Positions 13,571 to 32,047 are shown, counted from the stretch's first letter. The stretch: DNA of 64,000 nt from Eledone cirrhosa (GCA_964016885.1 OZ024743.1:375472001-375536000), one strand, 5' to 3'. Notes: a model not told the origin generated them from the sequence alone. Numbers and translations are program-made.

Positions 13571-16500
13571 AGGCTTGGCAACTTGGTGGTTGGTCGTGTT
13601 TTCCCTTATTGCGAGATTTGAAATTTAAATCGACAGAAATCGGGAAGTTATAACTTTTTTTAACTCTTTCAAATTCACAAAAACCTCTTCATCAGATGAG
13701 TATCGATATTTCGACGCGATTATTTTACGTGTGTTAGCGTTTTTAATGGGTTTATTTTCGCTGTTTGATATATTCTTCTAACAAACGGGACACACACACG
13801 TGCTCTCTTTGTCTGCCATACAGAATATAGAAAGCTAGTTAAGTATCGTAATCTAATTTTTATTTTATTTTATTTTATTTTATTTTGTGTGACGTGATTT
13901 AATATAATTTAATATAATTTTATTTTTATTTTTAACTTTAGCATATATATTTGTTATTGTTTTGATATACTGATATTGTGATAACTACGTTTCACGATAT
14001 ATATACGGTGTCCGTTGTTTATATTTGTCAACAAACCGATATTGCAGTTAAAATCAACTTATATAAATCCTTCGCAATTCTATATCTTTAACTTATTTGG
14101 GTTTCATTGACTTATTTTAATTTATTTTGTCTCCTCTCCTCTCCTTTTATATTTCATGTTGATATCATTTGTTTTCACTTTGTTTTTGGTGTTTTAACCG
14201 CGAAATATTATTGTTTTTCGAACAACATTAATCAATGATATTCAAGGTTGTCTTTGACCAAGTATACGCTGCTATCTTTCACGCCGTCTCTCTCCTTCTT
14301 TCTTTCTATCTCTCCATCTCTCTAGATTGCACAAGCTCTCTCTCTCTTCCCCTCTAAATCGCACCTTGAATTTCTCACTGGACTTATCTCTCTTTCCCTC
14401 TCTCTTTCCCTATCTAACATTTTCCCTACCCTTCCCGCTATATCTCTCTCTCTCTCCCTCTACAGCGAAATGGACTGCCTGCAGGAAAAAGGTGAAATTA
14501 AAAGCCAGCGAAACTAGTCAAAGATGGAACTAGCAGTTTTGATCAAAGGGTGGAGCCTGGCTGATAGGTCACCACCGAGCAAAAAGATTGCGGTGACCCT
14601 GAGGATCCATGGATTCCTGAGGACTCTGGCGCAGATAGAAAGAAAAAGAAAAGAAATCGAGAAGGCCTACGACCTCATAGCACCACATATGGCGATGCTA
14701 AGCTGTGTCCTCAAGGGGTGGAAAAACGGGGAGAAAGAGAGAGGAAAGGGAAAGAAAAGGAAGAAAGCACAAGCACGGACCTGAGATAAAATGAGATACC
14801 TGCCGCCACAGTCAGGGAGGGCAGGCCGGGCAACCAACAAGCAAACGGTAAAGGTGAGAAGCGAAATCACCTTCCGAAGGAGAACCAACCGCAGAGGGAC
14901 CAGTGGACAACTGTCCAAAGGAAGAACAGAAAGCACCGAGACACTGGGAGCAAGAAAACCCAAGTAATGTGCAAGTTCTTCAGTAACGGGACCTGCTGGC
15001 ATGAAGAGACAGGGATGGGCTGCAGATTCGCCCACCCCAGGCCCCAAACGAACTATGCCCATCCTACTCGCGCAACATGCCCCAGCCAAAGCCAAAACAA
15101 GCCGCTCCAGAAGTATTCTGATGTGCGCGTGCCGCACCAACAAGGAGAAGGCACGCACATGCCGACGAGATACAGATAGCAGCAGCAGAGCAGAACATTT
15201 TTTTAGTGATGGCAGAGAAGATTGTGGGACAGCTGACCTCGCTGCATCGTTTCCAGAGCCAGGGTCACCCACACCAGCACTCGAGACCACCACAGCTAAG
15301 GGACCCAGAGTGGCCGCCGCTGACACCAGACCAGGTGTCATACCGACAGCCATTACTGGCACTCCAAAAATCACACCAGTGCTACTGCTGAATGTCAGAG
15401 GCCTGGTGAAACTCAGTAACATGAGTAACATTTCCTACCTTGGAGACTTAGCCATAAGCAATCAAGCATTATGCATGGCACTAACCGAAACGCACCTGAC
15501 AAGCAGTATAGCAGATGCAGAAATACATATAGCGAAATATACTGTATTTCGTTCGGACAGGAAGGAGAGAACTCATGGTGGTGTTGCTCTGTATATCCGT
15601 GAAGATGTCACACCAATTGTACTGTTGACACATTCAAACTCAGTCTGTGACACACTGATAGTACATATGAAGCAACTAAAGACAGTAATATGTGTCACAT
15701 ATTGGCCGCCCGATGCCCCCAGTCATGAGGGTAAATTTTAGGATAGCCGCAGTAGGGTAGAAGAGGTCCTTGACAAACTGGACCAGGGTCTCAACATTCT
15801 ACTGCTGGGAGACTTCAACCTGCCAAAGGTCAAATGGCCTGAAATGACGTCAATAGAACAGAGACAGACGGAATCCCTGCTGGCCCTCACACACAGGCTG
15901 TTCATGGAACAAGCAGTACTCCTCCCAACAAGAGGCGAAAATGTCCTGGACCTCTGTTTTATAAACAACGAAGAGCTCATCCACAATGTAAAGGTGACAC
16001 CAACAATTTTCTCGGATCATAACTTAGTAGAACTAATGATATGTGGTCCGAGAGAACCAACAGAGACACAACCACCAAGAAGAACCGGGACGTTATCCAG
16101 CCTTAACTTCTACAAGGCTAACTGGAAAAAGATCAAGAGAGAAATCCGGAAGCAAATATGGAGCGAAAACAACGCTACACAAGACACCAACACACAATTT
16201 CAACACATCATAACAATGATACACCCTATATGCAAAAAAATTGTCCCAAAGAAAAAGGCAAACAGACACAAAAATCTTATTCCCAGGGATAGGAAAATCC
16301 TTATGAGACGTAGAACCAAGCTCTCAAACCAGTTGAATGCACAACAAGAAAACAAAAACAAGAAAGAATCCTATTTGAAACGTGCACTACTTGACACCGA
16401 GATTGCACTCAAACTTTCCCATGAAAATGAGAGGGCAAAGAAAGAAAGCAGGGCCATAGAAAATATTAAAACAAACCCTAAGCCCTTCTTTAAATTTGCA

Positions 16501-18381
16501 AAAAAAACTGCCTCGGTACACTGCAAGATTGGGCCACTCTTCCATACAGACGGTTCATTAACAGAGAACCCCCAAGAGATATGTGAAATACTGAACGAAC
16601 AGTACAAAATTGTGTTCACATGTCCACTGAGGCACATGCAAATAACAAAGCCAGAGGAGTTCTTTGATACCACAACACTACATGAAGAAATGGCGACCAT
16701 CAACCACACAGACATAACGGAGGAGGATGTGGTATACACCATTGATGAAATTAGAACAGACTCAGCTGCTGGACCTGATGGATTCCCAGCAGTCCTCTTA
16801 AAAACATGTAAGCGGGCCTTAGCAACTCCACTGAAGATGCTCTTCAGAAGCTCCTTGGCTAGCGGTATACTACTCAGGTAGCTGAAAGAAGGCACAATAT
16901 GCCCTATCCATAAAGGAGGTGGCAGAGCGGAGGCCAAAACCAATAGGCCAGTCTCCCTGACGTCGCATATCAGTAAGGTCATGGAGCGAGTCGTCAGAAA
17001 GAAACTGATCACTTTCCTCGAGGAAAATGACCGCCTGACTAGCACGCAGCATGGCTTCCGCCCAGGAAGAAGTTGCCTTACACAGCTGCTACATCACTAC
17101 GAGTGGGTACTGAAAGAACTGCTAAACAGCTCACATGTGGACGTGATATATCTTGACTTTGCGAAGGCCTTTGACAAGGTCGACCACAGAATGATATGTC
17201 ACAAACTACACGGACTCGGCATAACTGGAAAAGTAGGTGAGTGGCTGCATGACTCTTAAAGGACAGAAGCCAGACAGTCGCAGCAAACGGGACCCTCTCA
17301 AAGGAAACATCAATAACAAATGGGGGGGCCCCAATGGACAGTCCTGGGACCACTACTGTTTTTGCTGGCTCTCTCAGACATGCCCCCTGTAGTACATACA
17401 ACAACATCCCTCACTAGCTATGCTGATGACACTAAGGTAGCACAGGTAATCAAAAACCCGGCTGACGCTTCCCTTTTACGACAAGATCTGGATGCCATAT
17501 ACAAATGGGCGGAAGAAAACAACATGCAGTTTAATGCTGGCAAATTCCAAGCCCTACAATACAAACCTGCAAACACAAATGCAATACAACACAGTACGCA
17601 GGACCAGGAGGGACCAATATCTCCGTGTCAAAATCGATACGAGACCTGGATATAGACATGAACGATGATGCATCATTTTTCTCACACATCATGAAAGTGG
17701 CGATAATGTGCAGACGACTCGCTGGCTGGATCTTGAGGACTTTCCGGACAAGAGACCGAGACACCATGTTGACACTATGGAGAACATTTGTCCTAAGTTG
17801 CCTGGACTATTGCTCCCAGTTGTGGTCGCCCTATAGTGTCAAACTAACCATGGAGATTGAGGCAATCCAGCGAAGCTACACCAAGAGGATTGCCACGATG
17901 AAGGAGGAGATAAACTACTGGGAGAGGTTAAAAGAACTGAACCTCTACTCCTTGGAACGAAGACGGGAGAGATACGCAGTGATCTACATGTGGAAAATCC
18001 TGGAGGGACTAGCCCCAAAATTTGCCATTAGGAGCTGGACCAACCTTCGAACAGGACGTCACTGTGTGCTAGAATAAGGAGCAGATATTGCAATAGCCTG
18101 GGATTCAAGGGCCCTAAACTCTTCAACAAGCTGCCGGGGGATCTGAGAGATCTGCATGGTGTGGAGGTGGATGTCTTTAAAAAAAATCTCGACACCTTGT
18201 TATCCAGGATCCCGGATGAGCCTACAGCAAGACACGAGGGAATCCTAAGGGCAGCAGCAACAAACTCCCTCTTACACCAGTGGCCAACCAATACAGGCTG
18301 GAGATAAAATATGCAGCAATAAGGGCGGTGCCACAGCATGGCCTCAGCCGGATGGCTGAAACAGGTAAAAGAGTAAAAGAG
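13571..18381 (+). mobile_element. Near full-length decayed CR1-group LINE (APE endonuclease + RT)
   Basis: APE motifs LLNVRGL, LTETHL, RSDR..GGVALYI, LGDFNLP, PTRGENVLDL, SDHNLV (15380-16040). RT motifs [26 protein letters not shown], [13 protein letters not shown], YADD; C-terminal SLERRRER. 3' tail (GTAAAAGA)x2 then TA. Several stops and frameshifts. The 5' limit is inferred from the end of the TA array and is uncertain. Confidence 0.88.
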
Positions 18382-18391
18382 TATATATATA

Positions 18392-18467
<76 letters not shown>

Positions 18468-18515
18468 CATATATATACATATATATATATACATATATAT
18501 ACATATATGTATCAG

Positions 18516-18568
18516 GAGATTCCTGATGATTTCTAATGAATGAAACAGTTCTAGTCCTGTAGAATCTC
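18516..18568 (+). ncRNA. Type I hammerhead ribozyme motif in a ~140-bp solo island
   Basis: Stem I GAGATTC/GAATCTC (7 bp); CTGATGA 18523-18529; weak stem II TTC-TAAT-GAA with a T/T closing mismatch; GAAA 18542-18545; stem III ACAG..CTGT; GTA cleavage triplet 18559-18561. Confidence 0.72.
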
Positions 18569-18658
18569 ATCTATATTAAAACTGTTATACTCTGCTATGT
18601 ATTGAGTACCTTACTTACTGTGGTTACCTCCGATTCAACCCGGAATAACGTACATATA

Positions 18659-18860
<202 letters not shown>

Positions 18861-20468
18861 CTCTTTTACTCTTTTACCTGTTTCAGCCATCCGGCTGAGG
18901 CCATGCTGGGGCACCGCCCTTGTTGCTACACATTTTATCTCCAGCCTGTATAGGTTGGCCACTGGTGTAGGAGGGAGTTTGTTGCTGCTGCCCTTAGGTT
19001 TCCCTCGTGTCTTGCTGTGGGCTCATCCGGGATCCTGGATAACAAGGTGTCGAGATGTTTCTTAAAGACATCCACCTCCACGTCATGCAAGTCTCGCAGA
19101 TGCCTCGGCAGCCTGTTGAAGAGTTGAGGGCCTTGAATCCCAGGCTATTGCAATACCTGATCCTTATTCTAGATGTGGAAGACGGGACCTTTGGCACCAC
19201 ACAGTGACGTCCTGTTCGACGGTTGGTCCAGCTCCCAATGCCAAAGTTTGGTGCTAGTCCCTCCAGGATTTTCCACATGTAGATCACTGCGTATCTCTCC
19301 CGTCTTCGCTCCAAGGAGTAGAGGTTCAGTTCCTTCAGCCTCTCCCAGTAGCTTGTCTCCCTCATCTTGGCAATCCTCTTGGTGTAGCTTCGCTGGATTG
19401 CCTCAAGCTCCGTGGTTAGTTTGACACTATGGGGTGACCACAGCTAGGAGCAGTAGTCCAGGCGGCTTAGGACAAAAGTCCTCCACAGTGTCAACATGGT
19501 GTCTCGATCTCTTGTAAGGAAAGTCCTCAGGATCCAGCCAGCGAATCGTCTACATGCTGTCGCCACCTTCATGATGTGTGAAGAAAAAGATGCATCATCG
19601 CTCATGTCTATGCCCAGGTCTCGTATCGATTTTGACACGGGGATATCGGTCCCTCCTGGTCCTGTGTAGCTGTGTTCCGCTATATTTGTGTTTGTGTTTG
19701 CAGGTTTGTATTGTAGGGCTTGGAATTTGCCAGCATTAAACTGCATGTTGTTTTCTTCCGCCCATCTGTATATGGCATCCAGATCTGCTGTAAGAGGGCA
19801 GCGTCAGCCGGGTTTTTGATTGCCTGTGCTACCTTAGTGTCATCAGCATAGCTAGTGAGGGATGTTGTTGCATGCACCACAGAGGGCATGTCCGAGAGAG
19901 CCACCAAAAACAGTAGTGGTCCCAGGACAGTCCCCTGGGGCACCCCACTTGTTATCGGTGTTTCCCTCGAGAGGGCCCCATTTGCTGCGACTGCCTGGCT
20001 TCTGTCCCTTAGGAAGCCATGCAGCCACTCACCTACTTTTCCAGTTATGCCGAGTCCGTGTAGTATGTGACATATCATTCCGTGGTCGACCTTGTCAAAG
20101 GCCTTCGCAAAGTCAAGATATATCACATCTACATGTGAGCTGTCTAGTAGTTGTCTCAGTACCCAGTCGTAGTGATGTAGCAGCTGTATAAGGCAGCTTC
20201 TTCCTGGGCGGAAGCCATGTTGCGTGCTAGTCAGGCGGTCATTTTCTTCGAGGAAAGTGATTAGTTTCTTTCTGACGACTCGCTCCATGACCTTACTGAT
20301 ATGCGACGTCAGGGAGACTGGCCTATAGTTCTTGGCCTCCGCTCTACTACCTCCTTTATGGATAGGGCATATTGTGCCTTCTTTCAGCTCCCTGGGTAGT
20401 ACACCGCTAGCCAAGGAGCTTCTGAAGAGCATCTTCAGTGGAGTTGCTAAGGCCCGCTTACATATTTT

Positions 20469-20470
<2 letters not shown>
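18861..20470 (-). mobile_element. 5'-truncated copy of the same CR1-group LINE
   Basis: Reverse-complement match to ~16798-18381 including the (GTAAAAGA)x2 tail; [14 protein letters not shown] and YADD intact; frameshifts near 19785 and downstream. Confidence 0.92.
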
Positions 20471-21687
<1,217 letters not shown>

Positions 21688-22938
21688 ATTGTTTCTGAAT
21701 TTGTTTAGCAAGATTCTTTAACTGAAAACGTGTGTTGAAGCCGATATTGTTATACTTTGGGAGGGTCATGTTGCCAATAAGAAACACACGCACCAGTTGC
21801 GTTCACTCCGATTTATTATAAATTATATTTATAAATTTAAGAATTTGTAAATTTCCGGTTGGTTGGTTGTTGGTTCCACAACCGGACGGTTGTTCATATA
21901 TTGTCAAAGTTCTTTCCTCACACGTTCTGTGACCTCTTCAATGACTGGGGATTCTTTCCTTTATTTTGTGCCTCTCCTTTGTTCTGACCTACGCGATCTT
22001 GTTTTTGTGTGTGTTGTGTGCATGTGTTATATCCGGGTGTCTGTGTGTATTTTTATTTGTTTATTTATTTGTTTATTTACATGTTACTAGTTGGTTGTTT
22101 GTTCTATGTGTGTGTGTTTTCATTTTGTCCTTAATTGTAAGTTGTTATGTTGCTGTTCCATTCATGTTTTCTATTTAATTTTGGTTGGAGTTCATTTATG
22201 TTTATTGCCTCTGTGATTTGCCTAAACATTGCGTCTTTTCTGTGTGTAGATTTAATTTTTATTTCTATGTTCTCTAATTTGCCCTTATGTTCTATTTTAG
22301 CATGTTGCTGGAGCACTGGTGAATCTTGAAGCTCTCGCTAGTGTTCATTTAATCGTTCTCCTATACTACGAGCTGTCTCACCTATTGTACATATTATTAT
22401 CTTTACATTGTCCCTCAGTAGATCTCATGCTATATACTATGTTTCTAGTTTTGAACTTAATATGGGGGCTTAATTTACAGATTATGCATTTCTTATCTAT
22501 ACAGTGAGGTCTTTGAAAAGGGTATGTATTGCTAATAAGTATTTTTATGGAGGTACCTGGTCTTTCCACTATCTTAATATTTAGTTTAAGTTTATCTAGG
22601 GCCCTTCTAAATTTGTAAGCTAGTTCACCTCTAGGAGGTGTATTGATGAACATTACACTCTGGTATTTATTGCTATCATACCAGGAGTTTATTCTATTAG
22701 CCTTATTCCTACTTCTTTCTATTCTATTCCAAAATTTGCACCTATACAAGGGGCAGGTCCCATTTGTATCATTATTTACCCATTTTTTCCTATTTGGTTC
22801 TGGCTCCTCTATATACTCTGATTTTTTAGTACGGGTGATGAGGAACGTGTCCCGCATGTGCAACCCCAAAGAACTAGAGAGACACATACAACACTTCATC
22901 CGCCGTATGCAGTTCTCTGGTTACAATCAGAGAGATAA
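21688..22938 (-). mobile_element. Decayed A2-like PLE 3' fragment with 5' inversion
   Basis: Minus strand IRVYRGA..GIY-YIG..HEWNSNITTYN*, UTR with a degenerate hammerhead (TTGAAGA core, ~21902-21947) and tail [15 protein letters not shown]. 22826-22938 is the adjacent upstream ORF segment in the opposite orientation. Confidence 0.9.
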
Positions 22939-22983
22939 AATATATATATGTATATATATGTATATAAATATATGTATATATAT

Positions 22984-23020
<37 letters not shown>

Positions 23021-23065
23021 GAAAAAGGGATGAAATCGAAAATGTAAAAAAAACCTCACTTTCTA

Positions 23066-23098
<33 letters not shown>

Positions 23099-23117
23099 AT
23101 ATATGTATATACATATG

Positions 23118-23149
<32 letters not shown>

Positions 23150-23189
23150 TATATATATTCATATGTATATATATATATCTATATACATA

Positions 23190-23222
<33 letters not shown>

Positions 23223-23391
23223 ATATATATATTCATATGTATATATATATATTCATATGTATATATATATATGTATATATATATATTCATATGTATATAT
23301 ATATATTCATATGTATATATATAGGTATATATATATATATTCATATATATATATATATATATTCATATGTATAAATATATATATGTATATA

Positions 23392-23427
<36 letters not shown>

Positions 23428-23614
23428 CATATATATACTTATATATATATACATATATATATACATATATATATATACATATATATATGTATATACATAT
23501 GTGTATATATATATATATATATATGTATATGTATATATATATGTATATATATATGTATATATGTATATATATATATGTATATATATATATACATATATAT
23601 ATATTTATATGTAC

Positions 23615-23651
<37 letters not shown>

Positions 23652-23688
23652 CATATATACATATGTATATATATATATATATATATAT

Positions 23689-24187
23689 GGTGGCTGCCAA
23701 CTCGTTTTCGAGTACGGCCACTACTTTATATCCATGTAGGAGAACCCCTACCGATGCACTGAACGAGTGTGACTTTTTAGTCCAGCCAGCGACTTGAAAA
23801 CTCTGGTACAAACACTACACCTGTAACAATTATTGACACATAGTGCTGGGCCCATGGTACCATGTGACGACAAGTGCTGAGAGATCTCCAGATATAAAGG
23901 CAATGCCTGTGCCGTGAAGCTTTTATAGTGAGCAAAGGCACTGCACAAAGACCAGTCCACTCTCTTAACCAAGATGATATTTACCAAAAAGAAGAACAAG
24001 TCAACATCATTGGATACCATCAGGGTTGCAGGTGTTATATCAGAGTTTTCCTTCTCCTAGAATTCTGCCTTGACAAAGGCTAAGGGGTCATCTCTCCCAG
24101 TGATTTTGGATGGCCATTGACTCTTAAGAGCTCCTTTGCCCTTTGACAGGTTTTGTTTTTAGTCCTGCAGGATGTGCAAAGTCACCC
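23689..24187 (-). mobile_element. LINE-like 3' fragment ending in a C2H2-like motif and 3' stem-loop (RTE-like)
   Basis: Minus strand [23 protein letters not shown], then GTGGC-CGTA-CTCG-AAAA-CGAG-TTGGCA-GCCAC and TA. The upstream part is not clearly assignable. Copies at 29923-30420 and 32514-33011. Confidence 0.5.
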
Positions 24188-24216
24188 TATACATATATAT
24201 ATATATACATATATAC

Positions 24217-25556
<1,340 letters not shown>

Positions 25557-25573
25557 TGTATATACGTATATAC

Positions 25574-25640
<67 letters not shown>

Positions 25641-25723
25641 TATACATATATATACATATATATACATATATAGACATATATATGTATATATATATTATTT
25701 ATATATGTATATATATATATATT

Positions 25724-25768
<45 letters not shown>

Positions 25769-25771
25769 GTG

Positions 25772-25805
<34 letters not shown>

Positions 25806-25885
25806 TATGTGTGTATATATATATATATGTATAAATATATATATGTATATATATATGTGTGTGTGTGTGTATATATTTAAAAATG

Positions 25886-25921
<36 letters not shown>

Positions 25922-26065
25922 TATGTGTGTATATATATATATATGTATAAATATATATATGTATATATATATGTGTGTGTGTGTGTATATATGTATATAT
26001 ATATGTATATATATATATATATCTATATATATGTATATATATATGTATATATATATATATATGTG

Positions 26066-26096
<31 letters not shown>

Positions 26097-26223
26097 GTGT
26101 GTATATATATATATATATGTGTGTATATATATATATATACATATGTGTATATATATATATGTATATATATATACATATGTGTATATATATATTTATATAT
26201 ATATATATATGTGGGTGTGTGTG

Positions 26224-26275
<52 letters not shown>

Positions 26276-26276
26276 G

Positions 26277-26372
<96 letters not shown>

Positions 26373-26384
26373 CATATATATATA

Positions 26385-26573
26385 CATAACGAAGGAAATG
26401 TAGTAAGGAACCAGGTGGACCATAACGCACCAAAGTACTCAATACTTAGGGTAGTAGAGGGGGTAATAGGAACCAGTAAGACCCCGACGGCTGAGCTCAA
26501 GCCGTTTCGACGGCTAATTCTCAGAATTAGCCGTCGAAACGGCTTGAGCTCAGCCGTCGGGGTTTTACTGGTT

Positions 26574-26578
<5 letters not shown>
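26385..26578. repeat. ~194-bp island in TA array ending in a 113-bp near-perfect palindrome
   Basis: Arms 26466-26521 and 26523-26578 (56 bp each, one mismatch, 1-nt centre). Second copy at 35179-35372. Confidence 0.9.
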
Positions 26579-26614
<36 letters not shown>

Positions 26615-26622
26615 TATATAAT

Positions 26623-26655
<33 letters not shown>

Positions 26656-26658
26656 GCA

Positions 26659-26731
<73 letters not shown>

Positions 26732-26803
26732 ATACATATATATATACATATATACATATATATATACATATATCTCTATATATATATATATACATATATA
26801 TAT

Positions 26804-26911
<108 letters not shown>

Positions 26912-26946
26912 CTATATATATATATATATTTATATGTATATATATG

Positions 26947-27063
<117 letters not shown>

Positions 27064-27080
27064 TATATATATATATATGC

Positions 27081-27361
<281 letters not shown>

Positions 27362-27368
27362 TATATAC

Positions 27369-27487
<119 letters not shown>

Positions 27488-27493
27488 GACATA

Positions 27494-27625
<132 letters not shown>

Positions 27626-27629
27626 ATAC

Positions 27630-27769
<140 letters not shown>

Positions 27770-27795
27770 ATATATATATATTTATATATATATAC

Positions 27796-27845
<50 letters not shown>

Positions 27846-27864
27846 TACATATATATATATATAC

Positions 27865-27914
<50 letters not shown>

Positions 27915-27920
<6 letters not shown>

Positions 27921-29168
27921 TCTGAATTTGTTTAGCAAGATTCTTTAACTGAAAACGTGTGTTGAAGCCGATATTGTTATACTTTGGGAGGGTCATGTTG
28001 CCAATAAGAAACACACGCACCAGTTGCGTTCACTCCGATTTATTATAAATTATATTTATAAATTAAGAAATTTGTAAATTTCCGGTTGGTTGGTTGGTTG
28101 GTTCCACAACCGGACGGTTGTTCATATATTGTCAAAGTTCTTTCCTCACACGTTCTGTGACCTCTTCAATGACTGGGATTCTTTCCTTTATTTTGTGCCT
28201 CTCCTTTGTTCTGACCTACGCGATCTTGTTTTTGTGTGTGTTGTGTGCATGTGTTATATCCGGGTGTCTGTGTGTATTTTTATTTGTTTATTTATTTGTT
28301 TATTTACATGTTACTAGTTGGTTGTTTGTTCTATGTGTGTGTGTTTTCATTTTGTCCTTAATTGTAAGTTGTTATGTTGCTGTTCCATTCATGTTTTCTA
28401 TTTAATTTTGGTTGGAGTTCATTTATGTTTATTGCCTCTGTGATTTGCCTAAACATTGCGTCTTTTCTGTGTGTAGATTTAATTTTTATTTCTATGTTCT
28501 CTAATTTGCCCTTATGTTCTATTTTAGCATGTTGCTGGAGCACTGGTGAATCTTGAAGCTCTCGCTAGTGTTCATTTAATCGTTCTCCTATACTACGAGC
28601 TGTCTCACCTATGTACATATTATTATCTTTACATTGTCCCTCAGTAGATCTCATGCTATATACTATGTTTCTAGTTTTGAACTTAATATGGGGGCTTAAT
28701 TTACAGATTATGCATTTCTTATCTATACAGTGAGGTCTTTGAAAAGGGTATGTATTGCTAATAAGTATTTTTATGGAGGTACCTGGTCTTTCCACTATCT
28801 TAATATTTAGTTTAAGTTTATCTAGGGCCCTTCTAAATTTGTAAGCTAGTTCACCTCTAGGAGGTGTATTGATGAACATTACACTCTGGTATTTATTGCT
28901 ATCATACCAGGAGTTTATTCTATTAGCCTTATTCCTACTTCTTTCTATTCTATTCCAAAATTTGCACCTATACAAGGGGCAGGTCCCATTTGTATCATTA
29001 TTTACCATTTTTTTCCTATTTGGTTCTGGCTCCTCTATATACTCTGATTTTATTTAGTACGGGTGATGAGGAACGTGTCCCGCATGTGCAACCCCAAAGA
29101 ACTAGAGAGACACATACAACACTTCATCCGCCGTATGCAGTTCTCTGGTTACAATCAGAGAGATAAAA
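27915..29168 (-). mobile_element. Duplicate of the A2-like fragment at 21688-22938
   Basis: Near-identical sequence, offset about 6.23 kb, same inversion junction. Confidence 0.9.
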
Positions 29169-29290
29169 TATATATATGTATATATATGTATATAAATATA
29201 TGTATATATATATATATATATATATAATAAATATATATATATATATATATAGAAAAAGGGATGAAATCGAAAATGTAAAAAAAACCTCAC

Positions 29291-29345
<55 letters not shown>

Positions 29346-29351
29346 CATATG

Positions 29352-29383
<32 letters not shown>

Positions 29384-29423
29384 TATATATATTCATATGT
29401 ATATATATATATCTATATACATA

Positions 29424-29456
<33 letters not shown>

Positions 29457-29625
29457 ATATATATATTCATATGTATATATATATATTCATATGTATATAT
29501 ATATATGTATATATATATATTCATATGTATATATATATATTCATATGTATATATATAGGTATATATATATATATTCATATATATATATATATATATTCAT
29601 ATGTATAAATATATATATGTATATA

Positions 29626-29663
<38 letters not shown>

Positions 29664-29857
29664 CATATATATACTTATATATATATACATATATATATAC
29701 ATATATATATATACATATATATATGTATATACATATGTGTATATATATATATATATATATGTATATGTATATATATATGTATATATATATGTATATATGT
29801 ATATATATATATGTATATATATATATACATATATATATATTTATATGTACATATATA

Positions 29858-29888
<31 letters not shown>

Positions 29889-30449
29889 CATATATACATA
29901 TGTATATATATATATATATAATGGTGGCTGCCAACTCGTTTTCGAGTACGGCCACTACTTTATATCCATGTAGGAGAACCCCTACCGATGCACTGAACGA
30001 GTGTGACTTTTTAGTCCAGCCAGCGACTTGAAAACTCTGGTACAAAACACTACACCTGTAACAATTATTGACACATAGTGCTGGGCCCATGGTACCATGT
30101 GACGACAAGTGCTGAGAGATCTCCAGATATAAAGCAATGCCTGTGCCGTGAAGCTTTTATAGTGAGCAAAGGCACTGCACAAAGCCAGTCCCACTCTCTT
30201 AACCAAGATGATATTTACCAAAAGAAGAACAAGTCAACATCATTGGATACCATCAGGGTTGCAGGTGTTATATCAGAGTTTTCCTTCTCCTAGAATTCTG
30301 CCTTGACAAAGGCTAAGGGGTCATCTCTCCCAGTGATTTTGGATGGCCATTGACTCTTAAGAGCTCCTTTGCCCTTTGACAGGTTTTGTTTTTAGTCCTG
30401 CAGGATGTGCAAAGTCACCCTATACATATATATATATATACATATATAC

Positions 30450-31651
<1,202 letters not shown>

Positions 31652-31851
31652 NNNNNNNNNNNNNNNNNNNNNNNNNNNNNNNNNNNNNNNNNNNNNNNNN
31701 NNNNNNNNNNNNNNNNNNNNNNNNNNNNNNNNNNNNNNNNNNNNNNNNNNNNNNNNNNNNNNNNNNNNNNNNNNNNNNNNNNNNNNNNNNNNNNNNNNNN
31801 NNNNNNNNNNNNNNNNNNNNNNNNNNNNNNNNNNNNNNNNNNNNNNNNNNN
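31652..31851. other. Assembly gap (200 N)
   Basis: N run; the sequence after the gap restarts ~2.4 kb upstream of where the sequence before it stops. Confidence 0.99.
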
Positions 31852-31869
31852 ATGTAAAAAAAACCTCAC

Positions 31870-31936
<67 letters not shown>

Positions 31937-31942
31937 CATATG

Positions 31943-31974
<32 letters not shown>

Positions 31975-32014
31975 TATATATATTCATATGTATATATATA
32001 TATCTATATACATA

Positions 32015-32047
<33 letters not shown>

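Noticed and set aside
23021-23065. 45-bp non-TA island repeated at 29252 and partly at 31852
   Set aside because: Too short to assign; its repetition is explained by the segmental duplication.
23158-23370. Regularly spaced ATTCATATGT units resembling a CRISPR-like array
   Set aside because: The spacers are only TA runs; this is a microsatellite-derived minisatellite in a eukaryotic context.
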